In this document: positions 10,055-19,668 of the stretch, in pieces | Layout: each line of letters begins with the position of its first letter | Numbering within the stretch: the first letter of the stretch is position 1 | Source: Acutalibacteraceae bacterium | GTDB lineage: Bacteria > Bacillota > Clostridia > Oscillospirales > Acutalibacteraceae | Assembly: GCA_045589375.1 (NCBI GenBank) | Contig: JAZNOY010000042.1 | Coordinates: forward strand, 101 to 64,100 | Reading direction: 5' to 3' | Length of the DNA: 64,000 bases | The notes under the pieces: generated by a model | What the model was told of the DNA's origin: nothing | The model's input: the letters and a program-made list of their open reading frames with translations, nothing else | Databases searched by the model: none | Translations under genes and position numbers: made by a program

Positions 10055-10821
10055 TATTTCACCGCCTTGAACCTTGTGCCCACACTCTTACCATCGAGCA
10101 AATCATAGATAAGCTCGGCTTTTTTGCCATTAAGTATTACCATCTCTGCGCCCGCATTCATACAAATCTCGGCCGCATCAATTTTGGTTTTCATTCCTCC
10201 CGTTCCGAGCGCCGAGCCTGCACCGCCTGCAAGAGCCTTAATTTCGGGGGTGATTTCCTGCACGGTAGGTATAAGACTTGCCGAGCTATCATCGCTTGGG
10301 TTTGCGGTATAGAGGCCATCAATATCAGATAGAATTATGAGCATATCTGCATTAATACTCTTGGCAACCAATGCCGAAAGCGTATCGTTATCGCCAACCT
10401 TAATTTCCTCTGTTTCAACGGTATCGTTTTCGTTGATAATAGGAAGCACGCCGAGCTCTAACAAGCGCTCAATAGTATTTACAAAATTATTATACCTATC
10501 GCTATAAGAAAAATCATCACCAGTTATGAGAATTTGAGCTATGGTATGATTATACTCTGCAAACATCTTATCATAGGTATACATAAGCTCGCACTGACCG
10601 ACCGCTGCCGCGGCCTGCTTGGTGGGTATATCCTGCGGCTTGCTTTTAAGCGAAAGCTTGCCGACGCCCATTCCGATTGCTCCGGAGCTAACTATTATAA
10701 CCTCGTTGCCGCGGTTTTTAACATCGCTTAATATTTTAGAAAGATTTTCTGTATTTCTAACATCAAGGCACCCTGTTTTATGGGTTAGAGTTGATGTGCC
10801 TATTTTCACAACTATCCTCAT
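10054..10821 (-). CDS. proB: glutamate 5-kinase (short form without PUA domain)
   Basis: Amino-acid kinase fold (VVKIGTS, VSSGA, NENDTV, GGM TK). Its stop overlaps the proA start. Confidence 0.9.
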   Translation of the reverse strand: MRIVVKIGTSTLTHKTGCLDVRNTENLSKILSDVKNRGNEVIIVSSGAIGMGVGKLSLKSKPQDIPTKQAAAAVGQCELMYTYDKMFAEYNHTIAQILITGDDFSYSDRYNNFVNTIERLLELGVLPIINENDTVETEEIKVGDNDTLSALVAKSINADMLIILSDIDGLYTANPSDDSSASLIPTVQEITPEIKALAGGAGSALGTGGMKTKIDAAEICMNAGAEMVILNGKKAELIYDLLDGKSVGTRFKAVK

Positions 10822-10869
10822 TATTTTATCACCTTCAAGGCCATTAATTTATAAATTTTTCCATAATAA

Positions 10870-10898
10870 ATTATAATAAAATAAACCGCCAAAGTCAA
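10870..10898 (-). promoter_or_regulatory. sigma-A type promoter of proBAC
   Basis: On the minus strand: TTGACT, a 17-nt spacer, then TATAAT. It sits about 45 nt upstream of the proB ATG. Confidence 0.55.
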
Positions 10899-10911
10899 CG
10901 AAATATTTCAA

Positions 10912-10957
10912 AAAATAACCCCTCAGAGCATATGCTCCGAGGGGTTATGGTTTTTTT
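10912..10957. terminator. intrinsic terminator downstream of the DJ-1/PfpI gene
   Basis: Long stem taacccctc.gagca/tgctc.gaggggtta with flanking A and T runs. Confidence 0.75.
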
Positions 10958-11459
10958 AAGAGTTTAACGCCTCTATAAACTTTTTCATAAAGAACGGAAG
11001 GTCACCGGGACGGCGCGAGGTGATGATATTTTTATCCATCACAACCGGCTCATCTAAATATATTCCGCCGCAATTTTTAAGGTCATCACGAAGCCCCGGA
11101 TAGCAGGTGCATTTAACGCCTCTTAAAACATCTGCCGAAAACAATAGCTGCGGGCCGTGGCATATAGCTGCTATCGGCTTTCCGCTCTCGGCAAATTCTC
11201 TCACTATTGAAACTATCTTATCATCCTGACGAAGCTTTTCGGGAGCCATACCGCCGGGAAGCATAAGACCGTCAAAGCAGTTGATGTCAACCTCATCTGC
11301 CGCCAAGGTCGCCTCCGTGGAAAAATGATATTTTGCATTAACCATTCCTCTCTTAAAAGAAGCTATCGTAACGGAATATCCCTCTTCATAAAGGCGATAT
11401 ATCGGATAAAAAAGCTCCGAATCATCGCACATATCTGCAGTTATAAATAAAATGTTCAT
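10956..11459 (-). CDS. DJ-1/PfpI family protein (type 1 glutamine amidotransferase-like)
   Basis: 167 aa, with the nucleophile elbow AAICHGPQ. Confidence 0.85.
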   Translation of the reverse strand: MNILFITADMCDDSELFYPIYRLYEEGYSVTIASFKRGMVNAKYHFSTEATLAADEVDINCFDGLMLPGGMAPEKLRQDDKIVSIVREFAESGKPIAAICHGPQLLFSADVLRGVKCTCYPGLRDDLKNCGGIYLDEPVVMDKNIITSRRPGDLPFFMKKFIEALNS

Positions 11460-11483
11460 TACGTTTCCCTCTCAAATTGCAAA

Positions 11484-13298
11484 TTAAAGCTTATCGTTCT
11501 CAAAGCCATCCTTTAAGCAGGTCTTATGAATGGTAATGGGCTGATTGCCGAGATTTACTATTCTATATTCACCCATAGATGCAGGAACAACGATAATATC
11601 AAGGAAATTTTGCTCATAGTAATGCTCGGGATTCGAAACGGATTCTATGCGAACCTTCTCACCGTTAACCAATGAAAGAACATGGAATTTACCGTTTGTA
11701 TTATCACGGATTTCCTTTTCAAACTCTAAGTGGCGAAGTGAGAAATAAAGCAAATCGCACTCACCGATTATAGACTCCTTAAAGCCATCTCCCTCACGAA
11801 TGGTGCGAGGCGCTTGAACAACATTTTGGTTAATCCAGGTTGTGTTTCTCTCGGTGCAAAGAACGCGCTCACCGTGATAGCTATGAATCGGACGCGGCTT
11901 ACCATCAAGGTCAAGACGAAGATAGTCATACATTTTATATGTATAAGAGCCTACGGTAAGACTGCCGATTTCTAAAATAAGCTGATTTTGACCTGAAGCG
12001 TGTATAGTTCCTGCGGGAATCATAACCTGAACGCCGGGCTTTGACTCAACGGCATTAATGTATTTTTTATAATCAATTACCGAATGGTCTTTTTCCGACT
12101 TCTTAGCAAGCTCTATAAACTCCTTGGGGTCAATCTCATCGCGGAAGCCTAAATAGGTTTTAGCTCCGTGACCTGCGTTAACTATATAGTAGCTCTCGTC
12201 CTGTCTGCCAAACTCGTTAAAGTTTTCCTTATTATATTGACTGCCCGAGTGAACCTGAATAGACATATTGCCTGAGGAATGGAAGGTATCGTCATAGTTA
12301 AAGCGAATGGGGAAATATCCGCCGAACTTCTCAACACAGGCCTCACCCATAATGTTAACCTCTTGGGACTGCAAGAAGGTATAGAAGGGCATTTCAAAAA
12401 GCTCATCGCCGATTTCGGTAACAACGCTTACCTCCATCGGTATAAAATCGAATACCCAAGCGATGCTCTTCATCTCGTCTACATTACGAAGGCTCTTAAT
12501 ATATTGACCGCCCCAAACGCCGTCTATATAAACAGGTCTATTACGGAAGGGCATTAACGAAAGCTTGCTTGTAAGCTCGGATAAAGCGACCTTATCGAGC
12601 ATCTTATATTCTTCGGTGCTATCGATATAATAATCAATTCTGTCCTTATGAAGCAGCTCTCTTCTAAGGGTTAGTGCCGCCTCAAAATCTACATAATATG
12701 CTCTGCGCATCATTTCCTTAAACGGCCTTGAGGTCTTATCGCCTATGTTGGTCATTCTGCCGCTCTTTGCGCGCAAAACTGCGGCCTTGGGCGCAACATC
12801 AAGCCAAACAATAGTGTCGCAAAGCTCACGAATTTGCTCAAAATATGTGCAACCGAAGCCGTAAAGTATAACCGCACCCTCGCGGTCCTTAATGTCTTTT
12901 TCAAGAGTCCCAACCTTTTGAGCATCGAAAACGAGCTCATACCCATCTTCAACGCGCTTGCCGAAAAGATTAACAGGGTCCTTCTCTTTGTCAATTTTAA
13001 GATTATCAGATAGCAATTCCTCAATAACCTCTGCCGACTTATAATAATCTGCTGCATTTATAACCTTATAAGAAATTCCCGCAAGCTTAAGCGCTCCTGC
13101 AAGAACATTAACAAGCTCCTTAAATTCGGCAGAAGAGTAACCATCAAACGCTATTACCTTTCCGCTTGCAGCTTTTGAAAGCTCCTCGGCAATTTCAGCC
13201 GTTCCTTTTTTAAGCGAAGCCTTAACATTATCGGAAAGCTTCGGACGGTTTATTGCCGACATTTCATTATAAGGATGCGGGTTAAACATAAAACTCAT
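11484..13298 (-). CDS. class I mannose-6-phosphate isomerase-like cupin protein with a ~300-aa N-terminal extension
   Basis: PMI type-I-like motifs MSIQVHSGS and IPAGTIHASG lie in the C-terminal half. The N-terminal half was not assignable by eye. Confidence 0.6.
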   Translation of the reverse strand: MSFMFNPHPYNEMSAINRPKLSDNVKASLKKGTAEIAEELSKAASGKVIAFDGYSSAEFKELVNVLAGALKLAGISYKVINAADYYKSAEVIEELLSDNLKIDKEKDPVNLFGKRVEDGYELVFDAQKVGTLEKDIKDREGAVILYGFGCTYFEQIRELCDTIVWLDVAPKAAVLRAKSGRMTNIGDKTSRPFKEMMRRAYYVDFEAALTLRRELLHKDRIDYYIDSTEEYKMLDKVALSELTSKLSLMPFRNRPVYIDGVWGGQYIKSLRNVDEMKSIAWVFDFIPMEVSVVTEIGDELFEMPFYTFLQSQEVNIMGEACVEKFGGYFPIRFNYDDTFHSSGNMSIQVHSGSQYNKENFNEFGRQDESYYIVNAGHGAKTYLGFRDEIDPKEFIELAKKSEKDHSVIDYKKYINAVESKPGVQVMIPAGTIHASGQNQLILEIGSLTVGSYTYKMYDYLRLDLDGKPRPIHSYHGERVLCTERNTTWINQNVVQAPRTIREGDGFKESIIGECDLLYFSLRHLEFEKEIRDNTNGKFHVLSLVNGEKVRIESVSNPEHYYEQNFLDIIVVPASMGEYRIVNLGNQPITIHKTCLKDGFENDKL

Positions 13299-13436
13299 AA
13301 CTAATACCTCACTATTTATTTTTTCTTATAATACATCTTAAGCTTACTTTATACAAGTGCTCTTTCGGTATGAAAAATATAAGAATATTGACTTTTGCGT
13401 TCTTTTTGTTAAAATGTTCTTAAGGGGATGTTAAAT

Positions 13437-14246
13437 ATGAATTCACCAAATGTTTTGAAATGCTGTTATTTTAAAGCAGAGCATAGCGAGCGCCAGATGA
13501 AAAGGACCGTTAAAAATTATGAGTTTGATTACTATATCGAGGGCAATCGAACTATCGTTATAAATGATGTTGCCTATAATATAGAGCCCGATAGTCTTGT
13601 TATTCGCCGCCCCGGAGATACAGTCTCGGGCGAAGGCCCCTTTAATTGCTATATGCTAACCCTTGATTTCAGCGGTCAAAAGGCTCCCGCCTTCTATGAT
13701 AGAAATTCAAAAGGCGAAATTGAGCCGATTTCCGATAATTTTTTACTCCAAAATCTCCCAACATATTTTAAGCCCCGTCACGGCATTGAATATCGAAAGC
13801 TTATGAGGCTTATTTCTATTGCTATGTATTCTAAAACAGACAAGCAAAAGGAAATCGCCTCGCTTACTATGGAGCTTTTGCACCTCATTGCCGCCGATTC
13901 ATACAGCGCGAGCGAAGAAAGAAGCATAGATTCCGATGAATTTTCCTTTATCTGCCGATATATGCAAAACCATCTGCGCGAAGAAATAACCCTTGATGAG
14001 CTCGCGGCAAAGCTGCATTTTAACAAAAGCTATTTTGCAAGAAAGTTTAAGCAAAATCTCGGCGTTTCGCCAATGAAATATCTCTTTGATATAAGAATGG
14101 ACTACGCGAGGCTTTTGCTCTCTGATACCTCGCTGCCCATAAGCGAAATTGCCGAAATGAGCGGCTTTTGCGATTCATCATATTTTGGGCTTCATTTTAA
14201 AAAGCAATTCGGTATTACGCCGCTAGGCTACCGCAAGCGTCCATAA
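13437..14246 (+). CDS. AraC family transcriptional regulator
   Basis: Start is moved to ATG 13437, 9 nt after AAGGGG. C-terminal AraC HTH pair (FNKSYFARKFKQNLGVSPMKY...FCDSSYFGLHFKKQFGITP). Confidence 0.85.
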   Translation: MNSPNVLKCCYFKAEHSERQMKRTVKNYEFDYYIEGNRTIVINDVAYNIEPDSLVIRRPGDTVSGEGPFNCYMLTLDFSGQKAPAFYDRNSKGEIEPISDNFLLQNLPTYFKPRHGIEYRKLMRLISIAMYSKTDKQKEIASLTMELLHLIAADSYSASEERSIDSDEFSFICRYMQNHLREEITLDELAAKLHFNKSYFARKFKQNLGVSPMKYLFDIRMDYARLLLSDTSLPISEIAEMSGFCDSSYFGLHFKKQFGITPLGYRKRP

Positions 14247-14250
14247 AAAA

Positions 14251-14274
14251 TACCGCAAGAAAAACTCTTGCGGT
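14251..14274. terminator. hairpin terminator between convergent AraC and Lrp genes
   Basis: Stem taccgcaaga/tcttgcggta with A/T flanks. Confidence 0.65.
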
Positions 14275-14281
14275 AAAATCA

Positions 14282-14728
14282 TTATTTTTTAATGGCCTCG
14301 ACGCCTATACCCTCAGGCTGTTTTGGTGTTGAAAATGCTATTTGTGTTTCGGTGGAGCCGAAATTATTAAGCTCCCCTATAAAGCTATCGAGCTCCTCGG
14401 TGCTCTCAAATGCAACCTTCAAAAGCTGTGAATACCCACCCGTTACACAATGACACTCTATAACATTAGGATGACTGCGAACAAAGGGATAAAACTCCGG
14501 CTTAAGCTTGGGGTCTAAATCGAGGTTTACGAAGGCAAGAATAGGAAGTCCTATGCTCTTAAGGTTAATCCTTGCACCATAGGATTCAATGATACCCTCT
14601 TTTTCGAGCCTCTCAATCCTCGCGGCCGTTGCGGGAGAAGAAAGAAAGACCTCTGCGGCAATGCTTTTAAGCGGCATTCTCGCATTATTTTGAAGCAGTG
14701 TTATAAGCTTTAAATCAATAGCATCCAT
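14282..14728 (-). CDS. Lrp/AsnC family transcriptional regulator
   Basis: 148 aa with an N-terminal wHTH (LDAIDLKLITLLQNNARMPLKSIA) and a C-terminal RAM domain. Confidence 0.9.
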   Translation of the reverse strand: MDAIDLKLITLLQNNARMPLKSIAAEVFLSSPATAARIERLEKEGIIESYGARINLKSIGLPILAFVNLDLDPKLKPEFYPFVRSHPNVIECHCVTGGYSQLLKVAFESTEELDSFIGELNNFGSTETQIAFSTPKQPEGIGVEAIKK

Positions 14729-14858
14729 TTAAAACACCTCGTTTTCATAATAATAAACCAATATTTATTTAAAGTCAAGCAAAGTGTTTATAATATGACA
14801 ATTTTCGTAATCCGATTTTTGTATAATGTTTTTATATTGCCTTTTAGGAGAGAAAATT

Positions 14859-15407
14859 ATGACCGAAAAAGAACTTGGCTGTTGCTTTACAGGCTACCGC
14901 CCCAACAAGCTACCCTTCCCCACCGATAAAAGCTCACCTGCATATATTCAGTTTGAAAATCAGCTTCAAGGTGAAATTTTCAGATTGATAGAAAACGGCT
15001 GCACCTGCTTTTATACAGGTATGGCTATGGGCTTTGATATAATTGCCGCAGAATGTGTTTTGCTGGCTAAGGATACATATAAAAAATCCCCCATAAAGCT
15101 TATTTGTGCCCTGCCCTTTATCGAGCAAGACGATAGCTTTAAGGATTTATGGCGAGAAAGATATAACGATATTTTAGCTCGTGCCGATGAGGTTATTTTA
15201 ATATCGGATAAATACTATAGCGGTTGCTACCAAAAAAGAAACAAATTTATGGTTAAAAATTCTGATTTTGTTCTGACTTGGTTTGACGGCAAACGCGGCG
15301 GAACAAAAAATACAATTGATTATGCAAAATCTCTCGGCCGCACGGTTATAAACCTTTTCGAAGAGCAAGAAAAAGAAAATTGCTATACCGAATATCAAAT
15401 TTTTTGA
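14859..15407 (+). CDS. SLOG-fold DUF1273 protein (YpsA-like)
   Basis: ATG 14859 follows AGGAG. FTGYRPNKLP and GMAMGFDIIAAE blocks match the YpsA/DUF1273 pattern. Confidence 0.7.
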   Translation: MTEKELGCCFTGYRPNKLPFPTDKSSPAYIQFENQLQGEIFRLIENGCTCFYTGMAMGFDIIAAECVLLAKDTYKKSPIKLICALPFIEQDDSFKDLWRERYNDILARADEVILISDKYYSGCYQKRNKFMVKNSDFVLTWFDGKRGGTKNTIDYAKSLGRTVINLFEEQEKENCYTEYQIF

Positions 15408-15462
15408 GTTGATTTATAATTATTCCTATGTTAAAATGAATGATGAAAGGATGTGAACCATA

Positions 15463-16032
15463 GTGCCCTGCGAGGAAACCCTAAAAAAGAATTTTTCGAG
15501 AAATCTCAGTGCATACCGAAAGCTTAACAAGCTAACCCAATTAGAGCTTGCCCAGAAGCTTAACTACTCTGATAAATCCGTTTCTAAATGGGAGCGCGGA
15601 GAGGGACTGCCCGATTTAGTTGTAACCTCATCACTGGCAGAGCTTTTGGGCGTTTCGGTCAACGACCTTTTAAGTGATAAAATCAAAAAGCGCGTTTTCC
15701 TTACTCGCAATAAGCTTCTTATCACTATTCTTTCAATCGGTCTTGTTTGGTTTGTTGCAACGGTGCTTTACTTTATATTAAGCCTTCTGCTTCCAAGCCT
15801 TGATTCTTGGCTCTTATTTATCTATGCTATACCCGTAAGCGCAATTGTTTCAATTGTTTTTTCTGCAATTTGGTGGAAAAAAATCTTTACCTTTCTTTCG
15901 GTTTCATTGCTCATTTGGTCACTTGCGGTTTCAATTGTTATCACCTTGAGTATGCCAAAAATCACATTCTTGTTTATTGTAACAGCCGTTTTACAAATAC
16001 TTACAATTCTTTTCTTTTTACTAAAAAAATAA
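15463..16032 (+). CDS. XRE-family HTH regulator with C-terminal membrane domain
   Basis: GTG start. HTH_3 motif LTQLELAQKLNYSDKSVSKWERGEGLPD, followed by about four hydrophobic helices. Confidence 0.8.
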   Translation: MPCEETLKKNFSRNLSAYRKLNKLTQLELAQKLNYSDKSVSKWERGEGLPDLVVTSSLAELLGVSVNDLLSDKIKKRVFLTRNKLLITILSIGLVWFVATVLYFILSLLLPSLDSWLLFIYAIPVSAIVSIVFSAIWWKKIFTFLSVSLLIWSLAVSIVITLSMPKITFLFIVTAVLQILTILFFLLKK

Positions 16033-16060
16033 AAGCTTCCGTTTTCGGAAGCTTTTATTT
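16031..16060. terminator. bidirectional intrinsic terminator
   Basis: 10-bp perfect stem aaaagcttcc/ggaagctttt. Confidence 0.75.
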
Positions 16061-16061
16061 A

Positions 16062-17135
16062 TTACTTTAAGATATAAATTTCAACATTTCTTCTGCCGAA
16101 GTTTACGCAGGCCTGACGGCTTGACATAAACAGGTCGACATTGTTAGGTCTTGATTTTATAAATCCGCCTGTATCTGCTGCGATTGCATAACCATAGGTA
16201 TACTTACCGTCGCTCGATTTAATATACATCTTTGTGCCATAAGGTATAACCTTGGGGTTTACGGCAATATATCCGGGCTGAGGAGCAACTCCGGTTGCAC
16301 AACGATGACCGGTATAGGTATACGCTGTTGCCTCAACAGTTATACGCTTTTTATAGTTTACGGGATTACCCTTTGAGTCAAGCTCAATCGGCGAAGCGGG
16401 CTTAAGGGTTGAAATCGCCTTCTTGGTATCGCTTGTTGTTGCTGTGGCGGGCTTTGCAGTGCCTATAACCCGAGTGGCAGCTACCGCCGCCTTTACGGTT
16501 TCTCTGCTATCTACAACCGTTTCTACGGTCACGCCGTCAACAACCTTAGCTGTATAATGAACCTTTTCAACGCCGTCCTTGCCTGCTTTAAGCGTTTTAG
16601 TGCCCGCGGCCTGCTTATTAGAATAAACTGTTTTTACCGAGCAAGGTATGGTTTCATTATAGCTGCCTGTCACATAATCAATATTGACATAATCAATATA
16701 CGCCGTTTCGGTTATCTTGGTATTAACCGCAGGCTCTACCATATCATGCTTATCAACCTTGATACCTGCAAGCTGCAAAATCTCGCCAACGGTTGAAGCA
16801 ATCGTTTCAACCTCAATGGTTTCCTTGCCGGAATTAATGTATGCCTTAAAGGTGCGGGCAAGTGACACGGTTGTATCGCCATTATTGGTTACTTTGTTTA
16901 AAATCCTAAAGTTGCCTTTATTAATGCCTGCAATATCCATTGCCGCATCTATATCATCTGAAAGTGTTGTTATTGTTTGGCTGTTAACGCCATCTGTAAA
17001 CTTGATGGTCTTAACTGAATTAACGAGCAATGTTGCAGCGCAGAAAAAGGCAATAACAAGGATTGCTATAAACGGTGTGCGGCTATTTACTATCTTGCCG
17101 AGAACAGCCGTTTTACTTTTTATCCAACTTAACAT
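16062..17135 (-). CDS. YabE-like cell-wall protein (TM anchor, DUF348, G5 and 3D domains)
   Basis: N-terminal TM segment. G5-like block (KAGKDGVEKVHYTAKVVDG). C-terminal 3D/MltA-like block (ATAYTYTGHRCATG...ADTGG...VDLFM). Confidence 0.8.
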   Translation of the reverse strand: MLSWIKSKTAVLGKIVNSRTPFIAILVIAFFCAATLLVNSVKTIKFTDGVNSQTITTLSDDIDAAMDIAGINKGNFRILNKVTNNGDTTVSLARTFKAYINSGKETIEVETIASTVGEILQLAGIKVDKHDMVEPAVNTKITETAYIDYVNIDYVTGSYNETIPCSVKTVYSNKQAAGTKTLKAGKDGVEKVHYTAKVVDGVTVETVVDSRETVKAAVAATRVIGTAKPATATTSDTKKAISTLKPASPIELDSKGNPVNYKKRITVEATAYTYTGHRCATGVAPQPGYIAVNPKVIPYGTKMYIKSSDGKYTYGYAIAADTGGFIKSRPNNVDLFMSSRQACVNFGRRNVEIYILK

Positions 17136-17198
17136 CTAACGTCTCCTTTTTTGCGGGGAAACCAAGCAAACTCGAGCCGTTTTCCAACCGCTTTGTGC

Positions 17199-17227
17199 AT
17201 TATATACACATTTCGCACCGATGTCAA
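17199..17227 (-). promoter_or_regulatory. consensus sigma-A promoter of the YabE-like gene
   Basis: On the minus strand: TTGACA, a 17-nt spacer, then TATAAT, both perfect. It lies about 65 nt upstream of the ATG. Confidence 0.65.
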
Positions 17228-17441
17228 GGCAAAAAAGCCGCTTGTTTTTGTGCAAAATAACTAATGAAAATCGAAAAAATAAAAGTTACAAATTTGTAAC
17301 TATTTGATTTTACGGGTTATTTTGGCAATTTTTGTAAATTTTATTGTGCAAACCGACAATTTTACCCCATTTTGAAAGCGATAATCCTATTATTGCCTTT
17401 TTCGCCTCATAAAATACCCCCGTTAGCTTTAGTCAAAAGTC

Positions 17442-17470
17442 TTTACAAATTGATTTGATTGTGGTATTAT
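17442..17470 (+). promoter_or_regulatory. probable pyrR promoter
   Basis: TTTACA, a 17-nt spacer, then TGgTATTAT (extended -10). Confidence 0.5.
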
Positions 17471-17486
17471 ATTTAAGGTTAAATTT

Positions 17487-17597
17487 CCTTTAAATGTGGC
17501 ACAGTGAGGCCGACAAGGTTAAGACAATAATATAATATGCCCTGCATATATTATATGCTCTTTTCTTGCCGTGCACTCTGCACGGCAATTTTTATTT
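17487..17597 (+). promoter_or_regulatory. PyrR-dependent transcription attenuator (binding loop plus terminator)
   Basis: CCUUUAAAUGUGGCACAGUGAGGCCGACAAGG resembles the PyrR box (..CAGAGAGGC....AAGG). It is followed by the terminator ttgccgtgca-ctc-tgcacggcaa plus a T-run at 17566-17597, directly upstream of pyrR. Confidence 0.7.
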
Positions 17598-17617
17598 CCA
17601 TATCGGGAGGTAGGTAT

Positions 17618-18154
17618 ATGTCTGCATATAAGGCAACCTTAATGGATTCGGCGGCGGTAAGTCGTGCGCTTAAGCGAATCTCCCACGAAATAGTAGAAAA
17701 AAACAACGGATGCCGTGACCTTTGTATTATAGGTATAAAGCGTAAGGGTGTTCCGCTTAGTAAAATAATCGCAAATAACATAAAGCAAATTGAAGGCTCC
17801 GAGGTTCCAACAGGGGTTATTGATATCACCTTTTACCGTGATGACCTTAAGCACATCTCCCCCGACCCCATTGTTCACAATTCTCAAATCCCGTTTGATA
17901 TTTCAGCCAAAAAAATCGTTCTTGTGGACGATGTGCTTTTTACCGGCAGAACCGCCCGTGCCGCAATCGACGGACTTATGTCCCACGGACGCGCCGCAGC
18001 CATTCAGCTTGCTGTTTTGATTGACAGAGGCCATCGCGAGCTACCTATTAGAGGTGATTATGTAGGCAAAAATGTTCCCACCTCAAAAAGTGAGCTTATC
18101 AAGGTGAAAATTCCCCCGTTTGATGAAGAAACCGCCGTTGAGTTATATGAATAA
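17618..18154 (+). CDS. pyrR: bifunctional pyr operon regulator / uracil phosphoribosyltransferase
   Basis: ATG 17618 follows GGGAGG. PRPP motif VLVDDVLFTGRTARAA. About 178 aa. Confidence 0.95.
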   Translation: MSAYKATLMDSAAVSRALKRISHEIVEKNNGCRDLCIIGIKRKGVPLSKIIANNIKQIEGSEVPTGVIDITFYRDDLKHISPDPIVHNSQIPFDISAKKIVLVDDVLFTGRTARAAIDGLMSHGRAAAIQLAVLIDRGHRELPIRGDYVGKNVPTSKSELIKVKIPPFDEETAVELYE

Positions 18155-18253
18155 TAAGTATATTATTATTTATATATAAATATATTGGTTAATTCGGGTC
18201 TGCCCGTTTTAATATATTTTTTATGCCAATGTGCAGAATATGGAGGAGAAAAA

Positions 18254-19615
18254 ATGAAAATGATTTACAACATTGAGGACAAGCCCAAGTTTGGTCAAAT
18301 GCTTGTTTTCGCATTCCAGCAATTGCTTGCTATTATGGCAGCAACTATTGCCGTTCCTATGATTATAGGAAATGGTATGAGTATCGCAGCCGCACTGTTC
18401 GGTGCAGGTGTAGGAACTCTTATTTATGTTCTTTTTACTAAAGGTAAGAGCCCCGTTTTCTTAGGCTCATCCTTCGCTTTCCTCGGCTCAATGGCAGCCG
18501 CCTTTGCAGGTGCAATTTCGGTTCAGGTAGGCTATATAGGTCTTATCATAGGTGCCGCTTTTGCAGGTCTTGCTTATGTTGTTATTGCGCTTTTGGTTAA
18601 GTTTGTAGGCGTTAACTGGCTCAACAAGCTTATGCCTCCTGTAGTTATCGGACCTACAGTTGCTATCATCGGTTTATCCCTTGCGGGCTCGGCTATAGGC
18701 GACCTTCAAAAGCCGAATATTGAGGGTGGCTCACCCCTTATCGCAATTGTTTGCGGTCTTGTAACCCTTGTTACAGTTACTATTTGCTCTACATACGGTA
18801 AGAAAATGGCAAAACTTATCCCCTTTATTATAGGAATACTTGCCGGCTATGCCGTTGCAGCTATATTCACAGGTATTGGAATTGCGACTGAGATTGACGC
18901 TCTTAAGATTGCAGACTTTGGCAAAATCACAGCTTTTGCTGCAGATGGCGTTACACTTAAGGCCTTCGTTTCCCTTCCCGATTTCACCTTCTTAACTGCC
19001 ATTAAGGGCATTAAGGAAATTGATGGCGCATACATAGCATCCGTTGCTGTGGCTTATATTCCTGTTGCTCTTGTTGTTTTCGCAGAGCATGTTGCTGACC
19101 ACAAGAATATTTCCTCTATCATTGAACGCGACCTCATCAAAGAGCCCGGTCTTCACAGAACACTCCTTGGTGACGGCGTTGGCTCTATGGTAGGTGCATT
19201 CTTCGGCGGTTGCCCCAACACAACCTATGGTGAATCGGTTGCCTGCGTTGCTATTACAAGAAATGCTTCGGTTGTAACAATCGTTTGCACCGCTTGTCTT
19301 GCAATTATTACCTCATTCCTTTCTCCCGTTATCGCTTTCCTAAGCTCAATACCCTCCTGTGTAATGGGCGGTGTTTGTATGTCACTTTACGGCTTTATCG
19401 CTGTATCAGGTCTTAAGATGCTTCAGCCTGTAGACCTTAACGACAACAAAAACCTCTTCGTTGCTTCTACAATTCTTATTGCGGGTATCGGCGGTCTTTC
19501 CCTTACCTTTGGAAAAATCACCATCACCTCAATTGCAACCGCTTTAATTCTTGGAATTATTGTTAACACAATTCTTTCAAAGAAAAAAACAGCCCCCCAT
19601 GAAGCAGAGGAATAA
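18254..19615 (+). CDS. pyrP: uracil permease (NCS2 family)
   Basis: ATG 18254 follows GGAGGAG. It is a polytopic NCS2 protein with conserved blocks (FQQLLAIMAATIAVP, GESVACVAITR) located downstream of pyrR. Confidence 0.88.
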   Translation: MKMIYNIEDKPKFGQMLVFAFQQLLAIMAATIAVPMIIGNGMSIAAALFGAGVGTLIYVLFTKGKSPVFLGSSFAFLGSMAAAFAGAISVQVGYIGLIIGAAFAGLAYVVIALLVKFVGVNWLNKLMPPVVIGPTVAIIGLSLAGSAIGDLQKPNIEGGSPLIAIVCGLVTLVTVTICSTYGKKMAKLIPFIIGILAGYAVAAIFTGIGIATEIDALKIADFGKITAFAADGVTLKAFVSLPDFTFLTAIKGIKEIDGAYIASVAVAYIPVALVVFAEHVADHKNISSIIERDLIKEPGLHRTLLGDGVGSMVGAFFGGCPNTTYGESVACVAITRNASVVTIVCTACLAIITSFLSPVIAFLSSIPSCVMGGVCMSLYGFIAVSGLKMLQPVDLNDNKNLFVASTILIAGIGGLSLTFGKITITSIATALILGIIVNTILSKKKTAPHEAEE

Positions 19616-19627
19616 TTAAAAATATTA

Positions 19628-19668
19628 AAGCCCTCAAGCGCACAAGCTTGAGGGCTTTAGTTTTATTT
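19628..19668. terminator. bidirectional intrinsic terminator
   Basis: 12-bp perfect stem aagccctcaagc/gcttgagggctt followed by a T-run. Confidence 0.8.

Noticed and set aside
17136-17198. Possible c-di-AMP (ydaO-type) riboswitch upstream of the YabE-like wall-protein gene
   Set aside because: With the perfect TTGACA-17-TATAAT promoter at 17199-17227, the leader is only about 60 nt. That is too short for this riboswitch class, and no conserved motif was seen.
17284-17301. Perfect 18-bp palindrome AGTTACAAATTTGTAACT between the YabE-like and pyrR promoters
   Set aside because: It could be an operator. It is a single AT-rich palindrome over 50 nt from either promoter, with no cognate regulator nearby, so the evidence is insufficient to call a site.
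18155-18253. A second PyrR attenuator between pyrR and pyrP
   Set aside because: The spacer is AT-rich with only a weak cggg/cccg stem. No CAGAGAGGC-type PyrR box is visible.
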